Assembly: GCA_963667285.1 (NCBI GenBank)
Contig: OY763326.1
Location: 4,847,546 to 4,911,545 of the forward strand
DNA length: 64,000 nucleotides
DNA from: Alphaproteobacteria bacterium
GTDB lineage: Bacteria > Pseudomonadota > Alphaproteobacteria > MPNO01
Direction of reading: 5' to 3'
Part shown: piece by piece, positions 25,901 through 36,782 of the stretch
Layout of the letters: each line of letters begins with the position of its first letter
Numbering within the stretch: the first letter of the stretch is position 1
Program-made: the position numbers and the translations under genes
The notes under the pieces: generated by a model
The model's database searches: none
What the model was told of the DNA's origin: nothing
What the model saw: only the letters and a program-made list of their open reading frames with translations

Positions 25901-26980
25901 TCAGCGCGCGCGGCCGAGGCGCCGCCCGTCCTCGCCGAACAGGAACAGGTGCTCCGGGGTGAAGCGCACGCCGAGCTCGGTGCCCGCGCGGTAGGACGAA
26001 ACCCCGTCGACGATGGCGATCAGATCCTGCTCGCCGCCATAGTCGAAATAGAGCAGCGTGTCCTTGCCGAGCGGCTCGACCAGGTGGATCTTCTCGACCA
26101 GCTCGCCCTCGGTGCCGACGGCGAGATGCTCGGGCCGGATGCCGAGCGTGCCGGGCCCCGGCTCCGCCGCGGCGAAGGCGGGCGGCAGAGCGATCGTCGT
26201 GCGGTCGCTGGCGAAGACGACCGACCCGTTCGACCGTTCGATCCTGCCGGGGATCAGGTTCATCGACGGGCTGCCGAAGAAGTCGGCGACGAACAGCGAG
26301 ACCGGGTCGCTGTAGATGTCGAGCGGCGTGCCGACCTGCTCGATCTCGCCGGCGCGCATCACCACGATGCGGTCGGCCAGCGTCATCGCCTCTTCCTGGT
26401 CGTGGGTGACGTAGATGAAGGTCTTGCGCAGCTCCTGGTGGAGGCGGTCGACCTCGGCCCGCATCTCGCGCCTGAGCTTGGCGTCGAGGCTCGACAGCGG
26501 CTCGTCGAGCAGGAAGGTGTCGGGGTCGGTGATCAGGGTCCGGGCGAGCGCCACGCGCTGCGACTCGCCGCCCGAGCACTGGCCGGGCATCTTGTCCAGC
26601 AGGTGGGTGATGCGGACCATCGCGGCCACCTCGCGCACCCGGCGGCGGCGGGTCGCGGGATCGACCTTCTGCATCCTCGGGCCGAACTCGATGTTCTGCG
26701 CGACCGTCTTGTGGGGAAACAGCGCGTGGCTCTGGAACACCATGCCGAGATTGCGGTCGCCGGGCTCGAGATCGTTGACCGGGTTGCCGTCCATCAGGAT
26801 CTCGCCGGCGCTCGGGTCCTCGAAGCCGGCGATCATGCGCAGCGTCGTCGTCTTGCCGCAGCCCGACGGCCCCACCATGACGAGGAACTCGCCGTCCTCG
26901 ATGGTCAGGCTGAGATCCCTGACCGCGACCACCGACCGGCCGAACTCCTTGCGCAGGTCCTGCAGCTCGATGCGTGCCAC
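25901..26980 (-). CDS. ABC transporter ATP-binding protein (carbohydrate/MalK-UgpC-like with C-terminal TOBE domain)
   Basis: Walker A GPSGCGKTT, signature CSGGESQRVALAR, Walker B FLLDEP and a C-terminal regulatory domain. Confidence 0.9.
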   Translation of the reverse strand: MARIELQDLRKEFGRSVVAVRDLSLTIEDGEFLVMVGPSGCGKTTTLRMIAGFEDPSAGEILMDGNPVNDLEPGDRNLGMVFQSHALFPHKTVAQNIEFGPRMQKVDPATRRRRVREVAAMVRITHLLDKMPGQCSGGESQRVALARTLITDPDTFLLDEPLSSLDAKLRREMRAEVDRLHQELRKTFIYVTHDQEEAMTLADRIVVMRAGEIEQVGTPLDIYSDPVSLFVADFFGSPSMNLIPGRIERSNGSVVFASDRTTIALPPAFAAAEPGPGTLGIRPEHLAVGTEGELVEKIHLVEPLGKDTLLYFDYGGEQDLIAIVDGVSSYRAGTELGVRFTPEHLFLFGEDGRRLGRAR

Positions 26981-26984
26981 GTCG

Positions 26985-27866
26985 CTACCTTCTCACCATG
27001 CCGAAGCTGAAGCCGCGCGCGAGGTGCTTGCGGATGAACACGCCGATGATGACCAGCGGGATGGTGACGCCGACGGCGAGCGCCGCCTGGCGTCCGTAGA
27101 CCCTTCCCTCCGTCGAGCCCTCGTACTTGCTGAGCTCGACCGGGAGCGTCACGACCTCGGTCTTGGACAGGATCAGCGCCAGCAAATACTCGCTCCAGGT
27201 CAGGATCAGGATGAACAGGAAGGTCGCTACCAGCCCCGAGCGGACCAGCGGCAGCACCACCTCCCAGATGGTTCGCCACCGGCTCGCGCCGAGGATCATC
27301 GCCGCCTGCTCGACCTCGCGCGGGACCTCGTCGATGAAGCTCTTGGTCATCCACACCGCGTAGGGGAGCGTGGTCAGGAAGTAGACGATCACCAGCCCGA
27401 GCACGGTATCGAGCAGGCCGAGCGTCGAGTAGTAGAGCGAGAGCGGCGCCACCACCACGATCGGCGGCACCATGCGCAGCATCAGGAGCTGGAACATGCG
27501 CGCTTCCGACAGGATGCGGTAGCGCGAGACCCCGTAGGCCAGGATCGCGCCGAACCCGACGGCGAGGAATGTCGAGGTGAGCGAGATGATCAGGCTGTTG
27601 CGGAGCGCGATCCAGGGCTTTTGCAGCGACTTGATGTACTGCGTGTCCTCGTACTCCGAATGGTCGGTCCAGACGTTGAGGTAGTTGTTGAGGGTCGGTT
27701 CCTGCGACCAGTACACCGGAGGCCAGGCGAACCACTCGTGGTCGGGCTTGAAGGAGGTCGAGATCACCCAGAACATGGGAAAGGCGACGATCAGCAGCCA
27801 GAGCACGAGGATCGCGTAGCGCCCGGCCTCGAACGCGGTCTTCCTGCGTGCCCGGCTCATCGCCAT
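26985..27866 (-). CDS. ABC transporter permease (carbohydrate type, UgpE-like)
   Basis: Six-TM MalG/UgpE-like permease with an EAA-type loop. Confidence 0.85.
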   Translation of the reverse strand: MAMSRARRKTAFEAGRYAILVLWLLIVAFPMFWVISTSFKPDHEWFAWPPVYWSQEPTLNNYLNVWTDHSEYEDTQYIKSLQKPWIALRNSLIISLTSTFLAVGFGAILAYGVSRYRILSEARMFQLLMLRMVPPIVVVAPLSLYYSTLGLLDTVLGLVIVYFLTTLPYAVWMTKSFIDEVPREVEQAAMILGASRWRTIWEVVLPLVRSGLVATFLFILILTWSEYLLALILSKTEVVTLPVELSKYEGSTEGRVYGRQAALAVGVTIPLVIIGVFIRKHLARGFSFGMVRR

Positions 27867-27869
27867 CGC

Positions 27870-28799
27870 TCAGCCCGCCCGGTCCTCGGCGGGAACGCCG
27901 TACATCTCGTCGAGCGCCCGCTTTTCGCGGCGCAGGAAATAGATCGCGACCAGCACGATCGCGATCATGATCATCATCACGACATAGGACATCGCGGCCC
28001 CCTTGGAGACCTCGAAATACTGCCAGGTGGTGATGTAGAGGTAGATCGGGATGGTCTCGGTGGCCGAGCCCGGCCCGCCCTGGAACAGCGACCAGGTCTT
28101 GGGGAATTCCGCCATCGCCTCGAGGAACCTGAGCACGATGGCGAGGATGATCACCGGCCGCAGGAGCGGCAGCTGGATCTCCAGGAATATCCGCCATTTG
28201 GACGCGCCCAGGACCTGGGCGGCTTCCTGCGGCTCCTTCGGCAGCGAGGCGAGACCGGCGATCATGATGATGAAGGAGAACGGCACCCAGTTCCAGATTT
28301 CCAGCAGCATCACCGTGGTCAGCGCCATCTTCGCATTGGCGAGCCAGATGACGTTGACGTCGTGACCCGAGAGCCAGCTCAGCACGTCGTTGAGCGGCCC
28401 CTTCTGGTAGAGCAGCATCTCGCCGGTATAGGCGATCACGATCGGCACGGTGAGCATCGGCAGGATAAAGACGATGTAGAACAGCGCCTGGCCGCGGAAC
28501 GGCCGGTACATCAGGAGCGCCAGGCCGAAGCCGATCACGAAGCAGCCAATCGTCGAGCCCGCCGCGAACAGGAGCGAGCGGACGATGGCGATCCCGAGCC
28601 GGGGATCGGTCACCACCTCCTGGAAGATCTCGAGCCCCGCGTACTCGGCGTCCCACCAGCTGCCGAGATAGATCGAGAAATCGTGGAACGAGAAATAGAG
28701 CTGGAGGAACAGCACCGGGCCGAGCACGCCGACCATCAGGGCGATGAACACGCCGAGGACCGACCACTTGAAGCGGCGGACGGCGCGCGCCTGGGTCAT
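27870..28799 (-). CDS. ABC transporter permease (carbohydrate type, UgpA-like)
   Basis: MalF/UgpA-like pattern. Start chosen at MTQARAVRRFKW. The ORF track extends it to 28856. Confidence 0.8.
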   Translation of the reverse strand: MTQARAVRRFKWSVLGVFIALMVGVLGPVLFLQLYFSFHDFSIYLGSWWDAEYAGLEIFQEVVTDPRLGIAIVRSLLFAAGSTIGCFVIGFGLALLMYRPFRGQALFYIVFILPMLTVPIVIAYTGEMLLYQKGPLNDVLSWLSGHDVNVIWLANAKMALTTVMLLEIWNWVPFSFIIMIAGLASLPKEPQEAAQVLGASKWRIFLEIQLPLLRPVIILAIVLRFLEAMAEFPKTWSLFQGGPGSATETIPIYLYITTWQYFEVSKGAAMSYVVMMIMIAIVLVAIYFLRREKRALDEMYGVPAEDRAG

Positions 28800-28926
28800 C
28801 TCGCGCCGGCCGACCCTTCCCTCCCGCGAAACCGCGGCGGCTGCGTTCGTCGCCATCGACCCCTATCCCGAAGCGAATGGAGGCGCGCGACCGCGCGCCT
28901 CCAGCGGTACCGCGACCGGGCGCGGA

Positions 28927-30366
28927 TCAGGTCGGGACGTCGACCTTCGGGAACACCGCCCGGTAGCTCCCGAGCTCCTTCTTGAGGCGGCGCTTGCCGA
29001 TGCGCTTGACGATCTTGGTCCACGCCTCCTCGGTATCCTTGAGCACCCGGTCCGGCTTCTTCTGCCCGACATAGGCCTCGGACAGGTTCTTGGCGAGCTG
29101 GTCCTGGAACTCGAGATAGCCGGTCAGGTAGATCGGCGGCGAGGCCACCTTGAGGCAGGTCTCGATCGCCGAGATGCCGCCCGGCGTGTAGGCCGTCTTG
29201 ACCAGGTCGGACTTCATGTGGCCGACATGCCACGGGTCGTGGAAGGTGTTGACCCGGTCGGCGACGATCTCCTCGGAGTTCTTCAGCGAGCCCCACCACA
29301 TCGCCATATAGGCCGCCTTCTCCTTGTTCTTGGAGTACTTGTTCACCAGGATCGCGCCGAGCGGGGAGGAGATCGCGCGGTGGATCAGCTTGCCGGAGAA
29401 CTTGGAGCCCGGCGACAGGCTGTAATGCCACTTGCCGGCGGTCTTCGACTTCTTGGGGTTCTCGTTGAGCGCGATGATGCCGTCCCAGTACTGGCAGGCG
29501 AAGGCCTTGCCGCCGGTGATCCTCGGGATCATCTGCGGCGTGCCCCAGCCCGGCGCCTCGGGGTGGGAGACCTTCTTGATGTTGAGATAGGTCTCGACCG
29601 CGTAGCGCCCGGCCGGCGTGTCCAGCGTCGGGTTCATGTCGTCGTCGAACGGGAAGCCGCCCGCCGAGTAGAAATACATGTACCACCAGGTCACGCCGTT
29701 GGCGCGGTTGCGCAGATTGGCCGAGCCGTACAAATCCTGGTCGGGCCGGTGGAAGAACTCCATCAACTGCTGGTCGTCCTCCCAGGTCACCGGATAGTCG
29801 AGCTTCTTGCCGTGCTTGTCCTCGAAGGCCTTCTGCTCGTCCGGGTTCTCCATCAAATCCTTGCGGGTGAACTGGACGTGAACGTTGCCGTCGGTCGGGA
29901 CGCCGTAGGTGTTGCCCTTGTAGCGCATGAAATTGCCGTAGGTCCCGACCGCGTCGATCGAGAAATCGGCCTTCTTCATGTAAGCGTCCAGCGGCTCGAG
30001 CAGGCCGGCCGAGGCGAGCGAAGGGATCATGTTCGAATCGACGTGGAAGAAATCGAACTCGGGCGAGCGCGACAGGGCCTCGGCCATCGCGCGCTGCGGG
30101 ATGATGAAGATCGAAATGTCCTGGATACTGCCGACGCCGATCCCGGTGGACTGCCTGAACCGCTCCATCGACGCCGTCATGGCGACGTAGTAGTTCGACC
30201 AGATCATGCCCTTCAGGTCGGCCCCGCCGGCGCCCTTCGCCGCGGCTATGATCTTCTCGTTCTCGGTGGCGCCCCAGGCGAGCCCCGGAATGCCGACCGG
30301 CAGCGCGGAAAGCGAGGCGACGGTCAGACCGCCCTTGACGACATCACGCCTTGAGAACTTGCTCAT
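28927..30366 (-). CDS. ABC transporter substrate-binding protein (extracellular solute-binding family 1) with Tat-type signal
   Basis: MSKFSRRDVVKGGLTVASLSALPVGIPGLAWG twin-arginine signal and a large SBP_bac_1-like body. Confidence 0.85.
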   Translation of the reverse strand: MSKFSRRDVVKGGLTVASLSALPVGIPGLAWGATENEKIIAAAKGAGGADLKGMIWSNYYVAMTASMERFRQSTGIGVGSIQDISIFIIPQRAMAEALSRSPEFDFFHVDSNMIPSLASAGLLEPLDAYMKKADFSIDAVGTYGNFMRYKGNTYGVPTDGNVHVQFTRKDLMENPDEQKAFEDKHGKKLDYPVTWEDDQQLMEFFHRPDQDLYGSANLRNRANGVTWWYMYFYSAGGFPFDDDMNPTLDTPAGRYAVETYLNIKKVSHPEAPGWGTPQMIPRITGGKAFACQYWDGIIALNENPKKSKTAGKWHYSLSPGSKFSGKLIHRAISSPLGAILVNKYSKNKEKAAYMAMWWGSLKNSEEIVADRVNTFHDPWHVGHMKSDLVKTAYTPGGISAIETCLKVASPPIYLTGYLEFQDQLAKNLSEAYVGQKKPDRVLKDTEEAWTKIVKRIGKRRLKKELGSYRAVFPKVDVPT

Positions 30367-30521
30367 TCGGTGGACCTCCCCTGATCCGTGTTGCAACCCA
30401 GCGGGTACATCGTTCGGTCCGGCAAGCTAAACAAAACCCCGGGGACGAACAAGAGAATTGCACTTTTGGAAAATTTCGTGATTTTGGAAAAAACGAACGC
30501 CTGACAGCGGGAGGACCGACC

Positions 30522-31388
30522 ATGAAACCGGCGCCGTTCGCCTATCACGACCCGTCGACCGTCGACGAGCTGATGGGCCTGTTGGCCGAGAGGGAGAACG
30601 CCAGGCTGCTGGCAGGCGGCCAGTCGCTGATGCCGATGCTCAACATGCGCTACGCGATGCCCGACCACCTGATCGACCTCAACGGCATCGGCGACCTCGC
30701 CGGCGTCGCGGAGACCGGCGAGGCCGTCGAAATCGGCGCGATGACGCGCCAGCGCGACCTGCCGGGCTCGCGGCCGGCCGCCGGGCGCTTTCCGATTCTC
30801 GCCGAGGCGCTGGCGCAGGTCGGCCACTTCCAGACCCGCAACCGCGGCACGGTGGGGGGCAGCCTGTGCCATCTCGATCCGTCCGCCGAGCTTCCCTGCG
30901 TCGCCGCCGCCGCCGATGCGGTGCTGGTGGTGCGCGGCCAGGACGGGGAACGCGAGGTCGCCATGGCCGACTGGCCCACCGCCTACATGACGCCCGACCT
31001 CGCCGCGGACGAGGCGCTGGTGCGCATCCGCCTGCCCGAGAGCGCGGCGCTCGACGGCCAGGCGTTCGCCGAGTTCGCGAGACGGCACGGCGATTTCGCC
31101 ATCGTGGGGGTGGCGGCGATGCTCTCGCTCGACGGCGACACGATCCGGCGCGCGTCCCTCGCGGTGGCCGGCGTCGGCCCGCACCCGGTGCGCCTCGCCG
31201 AAATCGAGGCGGCGCTCGCGGGCGAGCCGGCGAACGAGGCGACCTTCAAGGCAGCTTCCGGCGAGGCGCGCGGAATCGAAGCGATGAGCGATGCCTATGT
31301 CAGCGGCAAGTACCGCCGGCGCCTGACCGGCGTGCTGGTGGAGCGCGCGCTGGCGAAGGCCGCCGAACGGGCCCGGGAGGCCGCGTGA
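30522..31388 (+). CDS. molybdenum hydroxylase FAD-binding medium subunit (CoxM/CutM-like, xanthine dehydrogenase family)
   Basis: FAD_binding_5 pattern (LLAGGQSLMPMLNMRYAMPDHLIDL...) and CO dehydrogenase flavoprotein C-terminal domain. Confidence 0.85.
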   Translation: MKPAPFAYHDPSTVDELMGLLAERENARLLAGGQSLMPMLNMRYAMPDHLIDLNGIGDLAGVAETGEAVEIGAMTRQRDLPGSRPAAGRFPILAEALAQVGHFQTRNRGTVGGSLCHLDPSAELPCVAAAADAVLVVRGQDGEREVAMADWPTAYMTPDLAADEALVRIRLPESAALDGQAFAEFARRHGDFAIVGVAAMLSLDGDTIRRASLAVAGVGPHPVRLAEIEAALAGEPANEATFKAASGEARGIEAMSDAYVSGKYRRRLTGVLVERALAKAAERAREAA

Positions 31389-31389
31389 C

Positions 31390-31890
<501 letters not shown>

Positions 31891-31893
31891 GCG

Positions 31894-34224
31894 ATGGGAG
31901 TTCGCTATTTCGGCGCCGAGGTGCGCAGGGTCGAGGACGCGCGTCTGGTCACCGGCAACGGGCGCTATGTCGACGACATAGAGCTGCCCGGCATGCTGGA
32001 GGCGGCGATCGTCCGCTCGACCGAGGCGCATGCGCGGATCCGTTCGATCGACGCGGCCGCCGCGCGGGCGCTGCCCGGCGTGCACGCGGTGTTCACCCTG
32101 CAGGACTTCCCGCCCGAATACCGCGACCGGCCGATGGTCCAGCCCTACCCGGCGCCGGTCCTGCTCCAGCCCACCACGCAGTACCCGCTGGCCAAGGACG
32201 AGGTGTGCTATGTCGGCCAGGGGATCGCGATCGCGGTCGCCGAGACGCGCCACATCGCCGAGGATGCGGCGGGGCTGGTGGCGGTCGATTACGAGACACT
32301 GCCCGCCGTGGTCGACTGCCGCGAGGCGGTGAAGAGCGGCGCGCCGCTCGCGCATGCCGATTCGCCGGACAATATCGTGGCACGGCTCCGCGTCGCCTTC
32401 GGCGAGGTGGACGCCGCCTTCGCCGATGCCGCGCATGTCTTCGAGGAGCGTTTTCTCCAGCATCGCGGCGGCTGCCATGCGATGGAGTGCCGCGGCGTGA
32501 TCGCCGAGGACCGGCCGCATCACGACGGGCTCACGATCGTCTCGGCCACCCAATGCCCCTACCTCGTGCGGCGCAACGTCGCCGCCTATCTCGGCCGCGA
32601 CGAGGGAAGGGTGCGGGTGGTGGCGCCCGACGTGGGCGGCGGTTTCGGGCCCAAGGCCGGCGTCTACGCCGAGGAGATCGTGGTTCCGCTGGCCGCTTCC
32701 GCCCTGGGACGGCCGGTCAAGTGGATCGAGGACCGGCGCGAGCATTTCGTGACCACCAACACCCAGCGCGACCAGGAATGGACGCTGGAGGCCGCGGTCG
32801 ACGCGGACGGCAGGCTGCTCGGCGTCCGGGGGCGCGTGATCCACGACAACGGGGCGTTCGTGCCCTACGGGCTGCTGCTTCCGATGACCACGCTGACGCC
32901 GCTTCCCGGCCCCTACGCGGTGCCCGCGCTCGACGTCGCCATGGAGGTCGCGTTCACCAACACCGCGCCGAACTCGCCGATCCGCGGCGCCGGCAGGCCG
33001 AACGCCGCCTTCGCGATGGAACGCCTGGTCGCCCGCATCGCCCGCGAGCTCGGCCTCGACCAGGCCGAGGTGCGGCGCCGCAACTACGTGCCGGCGGACG
33101 GGTTTCCCTACGATACCGGGCAGAAGTTCCGCGACGGCTCGCCGATCAGGTACGACAGCGGCGATTTCGAGGGCTGCCTCGACAAGGTCGCGGAGCTCGC
33201 CGACTACGCGGGCTTCGCCGGGCGCCAGAAAGCGGCGCGGGAAGAGGGCCGCTATCTCGGGATCGGCGTTTCGAGCTGCATCGAGGATACCGGCGTCGGG
33301 CCGTATGAGGGGGCGACGGTGCGCGTCCAGCCCGACGGCAAGGTGCTGATCCGGACCGGCGCGGCGAGCCAGGGCCAGGGGCACGAGACCATGCTGGCGC
33401 AAGTCTGCGCCGACCGGCTCGACGTGGCGATCGGGGACGTCTACGTGATGGCGGCGGATACCGGCGCCTTCCCGCACGGCGTCGGCACCATCGGCAGCCG
33501 GGTCGCGGTCAACGCCTCGACGGCGGTGTTCGACGCCGCGGAGAGCGTTCGCGACAAGGCGCTGAGTCTTGCCGCCGAGCGGCTCGAGGCCTCGGTCGAG
33601 GACCTGGAGGTCGAGGACGGCGTGATCGGTGTGGCGGGCGTTCCGGAGATGACGGTCACCTACGGCGACCTCGCCAGGCAGCTCGCTCCGATGGCGGGGG
33701 GGCCGCTGCCCAGGGGCTTCGCGCCGGGGCTGGAGGCGACCTCCTACCGGACGTCCGACGGCATGCCGACCGCGTCCGGTTCCAACATCGCCGAGGTCGA
33801 GGTCGATATCGGCACCGGCGAGGTGCGCGTGCTGCGCTACTCGGTGGCGCATGATTGCGGGAACATGATCAACCCGATGATGGTCGACGGGCAGATCGTC
33901 GGCGGCGTGGTCCACGGCATCGGCAACGCGCTGTTCGAACGGCTGGTCTACGACGAGTCGGGGCAGCCGCTGAACAACAATTACGGCGAGTACCTGCTGC
34001 CGATCGCGACCGAGATGCCGCCCATCGCGATCACCCACCAGGAGACGCCGTCCCCGCTCAACCCGCTCGGCATCAAGGGCGCCGGCGAAGGCGGCACGAT
34101 CCCGGCGGCATCGGCGATCGTGGCCGCGATCGAGAACGCGCTCGAGCCGTTCGGCGTCGTCATCCGGTCCTACCCGGTGAGCCCGGAAGAGATCTGCGAC
34201 CTGATCGACGCGAGCGGGGGTTAG
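31894..34224 (+). CDS. molybdopterin-binding large subunit, xanthine dehydrogenase/aldehyde oxidase family (form-II CoxL-like)
   Basis: 776-aa aldehyde-oxidase/XDH molybdopterin-binding pattern. Active-site loop is AY(I)RGAGR-like rather than the form-I CODH VAYRCSFR, so probably not a true CO dehydrogenase. Confidence 0.9.
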   Translation: MGVRYFGAEVRRVEDARLVTGNGRYVDDIELPGMLEAAIVRSTEAHARIRSIDAAAARALPGVHAVFTLQDFPPEYRDRPMVQPYPAPVLLQPTTQYPLAKDEVCYVGQGIAIAVAETRHIAEDAAGLVAVDYETLPAVVDCREAVKSGAPLAHADSPDNIVARLRVAFGEVDAAFADAAHVFEERFLQHRGGCHAMECRGVIAEDRPHHDGLTIVSATQCPYLVRRNVAAYLGRDEGRVRVVAPDVGGGFGPKAGVYAEEIVVPLAASALGRPVKWIEDRREHFVTTNTQRDQEWTLEAAVDADGRLLGVRGRVIHDNGAFVPYGLLLPMTTLTPLPGPYAVPALDVAMEVAFTNTAPNSPIRGAGRPNAAFAMERLVARIARELGLDQAEVRRRNYVPADGFPYDTGQKFRDGSPIRYDSGDFEGCLDKVAELADYAGFAGRQKAAREEGRYLGIGVSSCIEDTGVGPYEGATVRVQPDGKVLIRTGAASQGQGHETMLAQVCADRLDVAIGDVYVMAADTGAFPHGVGTIGSRVAVNASTAVFDAAESVRDKALSLAAERLEASVEDLEVEDGVIGVAGVPEMTVTYGDLARQLAPMAGGPLPRGFAPGLEATSYRTSDGMPTASGSNIAEVEVDIGTGEVRVLRYSVAHDCGNMINPMMVDGQIVGGVVHGIGNALFERLVYDESGQPLNNNYGEYLLPIATEMPPIAITHQETPSPLNPLGIKGAGEGGTIPAASAIVAAIENALEPFGVVIRSYPVSPEEICDLIDASGG

Positions 34225-34232
34225 GGCCGGCC

Positions 34233-34889
34233 TCACGCTCTCCGGCTGAGCAGCGATTCCACCATGCGGGTGCTGTCGCTGCTGCTTTGCGCGGCGGGGC
34301 TGAGCCAGACCATCAGGATCTCGGCGTCCTCCTCGCCTACGGTGGTGTAGGTGTGGGCCATCTGGCTGTCCATGTAGAGGCTGTCGCCCTCGTCCAGCGT
34401 GACCGGCTCGTAGTGCTCGGTGTGGACCGCGACGGTGCCCTTCAGGACATAGACGAACTCCTCCCCGGAATGGCTCAGCATCCCGTCCGCGGTGTCGGGA
34501 TCGCGGCTGCGGACGCGTTCGACCATCGGCAGCATGCGCTTGTGCTGGATATTGGTGCAGAGCGCCCAGATGTCGTAGCTCTGGGTGGTCCGGAACCTGG
34601 CGTCGCTGGCGCGGGTCACGGTCAGCCGGGCGGAGCCGGACCGGTCCTCGCTGTCGAGCGCGACCAGGCGGCTCAGCGGGATGTCGAGGCCTTCGGCGAG
34701 GCGCATCAGGTTCGCGAAGGTGGGGGAAACCTGGTCGTTCTCGATCTTGGAGATCGCCGAGATCGAGATCCCGGTGGCCTCGGAGACCTCGGCCAGCGTC
34801 ATCCCGAGCTCCTTGCGGATACGCCGGACGCGCGGGCCCAGTGTCCCGTTCGCGCGCCCCGCCCGGGGCCGTGCGCCGTCCTCCTCCAT
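34233..34889 (-). CDS. XRE-family HTH transcriptional regulator with C-terminal cupin domain
   Basis: HTH_3 motif IRKELGMTLAEVSEATGISISAISKIENDQVSPTFANLMRLAEGL followed by a cupin_2 pattern (HSGEEFVYVLKGTVAV). Convergent with coxL. Confidence 0.75.
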   Translation of the reverse strand: MEEDGARPRAGRANGTLGPRVRRIRKELGMTLAEVSEATGISISAISKIENDQVSPTFANLMRLAEGLDIPLSRLVALDSEDRSGSARLTVTRASDARFRTTQSYDIWALCTNIQHKRMLPMVERVRSRDPDTADGMLSHSGEEFVYVLKGTVAVHTEHYEPVTLDEGDSLYMDSQMAHTYTTVGEEDAEILMVWLSPAAQSSSDSTRMVESLLSRRA

Positions 34890-34932
34890 CGCTCCTGATT
34901 AGGCGCTGCGGCCCGGATTGTCCACGATTCCG

Positions 34933-36678
34933 TCAGCCCGGAATGATCGGCAGCAGGAGGTGGGACGGCCGGTCCGGGCCCATATGGATCGTCACGTCGC
35001 CGCCATAGACCTGCGCCGGCCGGTCGCCCGCGTCGTCATGCTTGAACGGGCCCACCCCGGTGAAGACGGCCCCCAGCGTGCCCAGCCCGGCCGCCGTCCC
35101 GCCCGGCCATTCGTAGTCCCGCCCGCGCACCGACAGGCCGACGCGGTAGCCCCTGGGCACGACGATGCAGCTCGGCCAGATCTCGATGTCGAGCGCGTAG
35201 ACCTCGCTTGGGGTCAGCTTCTGGACCTCGTCATGGGTGTGGTAGGGCCGGTAGGGCAGGGAGAGGCTCTCGTCGAGCTTGCGGTGCGAGGCGCGCAGCC
35301 AGCCCTGCGCGACCGGCGTGTTGGGATCGAGCGCGCCCTGGAAGGTCACCTCCCTGAAGTCGGGCGCGAACACGCGCACCACGAGGAACAGGTCCGCGTC
35401 CTCCGTGCTCGACGACACGAAGAGCCTGGCCGCCATCGGCCCGGTGATCTCGGTGTCTTCCGCCATCGGCGCGGTCAGGAAGGTCGCGCCCTCGCCCAGC
35501 CCGGCATAGGTCACCGTGCCGTCCGCCGCCGGGGGCTCCTGGTTCAGCGAATGATCTCCGGCGTGGAGATGGAACCTGGTCCATCTCGTGCGCGGGATCG
35601 GCCACGCGTCCTCGTGGCGCTCGACGAATTTCTCGCCCGGATGGCGGACCTGGAGCTGGACCTTCGGCTGGTCCTTCCAGCCGGTGTCCTCGCCCTTCAG
35701 GAAATGCCCGAAAAACTTCTTCTGAAGCGCCACCCCGTAATCGGTGTAGAACTCGGTCCAGTGTTCGATCCCGTGTATTTCGAGCCACTTCTGGTCCGAG
35801 GCCGAGCGCACGAAACCCTCGAAATTGCCGCGCGGGTGGAGGCCCTGCCCGCCCCAGTTGCCGGAGGAGAAGAGCGGGACCTCGACCTTCGACCAGTCCG
35901 GCATGCGGGATTGCCAGTACGCCGCGCTGTCGAGCGGGTTGTCCTGGCAGTCCCGCCAGAAATCCGCCCGGCTGGAGCCGAGCTCCTCCTGGCTCAGCGT
36001 CGGCGGGCCCGCGACCCAGTCGCCGTTCATGCGGCTGCGGAACCCGTTCTTGCCGACGCCGTGCTGGACGGTCTTGACCTGGGAGGGGTACCAGGCCCGG
36101 CCGAAGGCGCACAATATGCCCCCGTGATAGGCGAGGTCGCGGTAGAAATCGGCCGCGCCCTCCCAGATGCAGATCGCAGCCAGATGCGGCGGTTTGAGCG
36201 CGGCGACCTGCCATTGGTTCATCGCGTAGTACGAGATGCCGTTCGCGCCGACCTTGCCGTTCGACCACGGCCTTGTGCCGGCCCATTCGATGCAGTCGTG
36301 GAAATCGCGCGCCTCGCGCGCCGACCAGATGTCGAGAAAGCCGGGCGAGCGGCCGGCGCCGCGCGAATCGACACGGACCACGGCGTAGCCGTCGGGAACC
36401 CATTTCTCCGGGTCGACCACCTCCCAGTTCTGGTAGAGATTGGAGGACCCGGCGACGACGTCCGGATGGTTCCGGGCCATCCGGCGCCACTGATCGGTAT
36501 ACAGGTCCTCGAAATGCAGGAGCTTCCCGTAGGGGCCGTAGGAGATGATGACGGGGTAGTTCCCGTCCTCGACCGGGCGGTAGACGTCGCAGCGGAGCAC
36601 GATCCCGTCATCCATCTCGATCGGCGCATCCCATTCGACGGTCATCCCGTCCCTGATCTCGGTCCTGTGGTCGCTCAT
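34933..36678 (-). CDS. CocE/NonD-family alpha/beta hydrolase (X-Pro dipeptidyl-peptidase S15 fold)
   Basis: MSDHRTEIRDGMTVEWDAPIEMDDGIVLRCDVYRPVEDGNYPVIISYGPYGK plus C-terminal beta-sandwich domain pattern. ATG at 36678. The ORF track extends it to 36768. Confidence 0.8.
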   Translation of the reverse strand: MSDHRTEIRDGMTVEWDAPIEMDDGIVLRCDVYRPVEDGNYPVIISYGPYGKLLHFEDLYTDQWRRMARNHPDVVAGSSNLYQNWEVVDPEKWVPDGYAVVRVDSRGAGRSPGFLDIWSAREARDFHDCIEWAGTRPWSNGKVGANGISYYAMNQWQVAALKPPHLAAICIWEGAADFYRDLAYHGGILCAFGRAWYPSQVKTVQHGVGKNGFRSRMNGDWVAGPPTLSQEELGSSRADFWRDCQDNPLDSAAYWQSRMPDWSKVEVPLFSSGNWGGQGLHPRGNFEGFVRSASDQKWLEIHGIEHWTEFYTDYGVALQKKFFGHFLKGEDTGWKDQPKVQLQVRHPGEKFVERHEDAWPIPRTRWTRFHLHAGDHSLNQEPPAADGTVTYAGLGEGATFLTAPMAEDTEITGPMAARLFVSSSTEDADLFLVVRVFAPDFREVTFQGALDPNTPVAQGWLRASHRKLDESLSLPYRPYHTHDEVQKLTPSEVYALDIEIWPSCIVVPRGYRVGLSVRGRDYEWPGGTAAGLGTLGAVFTGVGPFKHDDAGDRPAQVYGGDVTIHMGPDRPSHLLLPIIPG

Positions 36679-36782
36679 GAAGGTCTCCGGCAAATGACAC
36701 CGCCGCGGATTTGATCGCCGGCGGTTTTCTGATACGACAAATATACGCGAATACGATAATCGGACCACAAGGGGGGAGCGCC

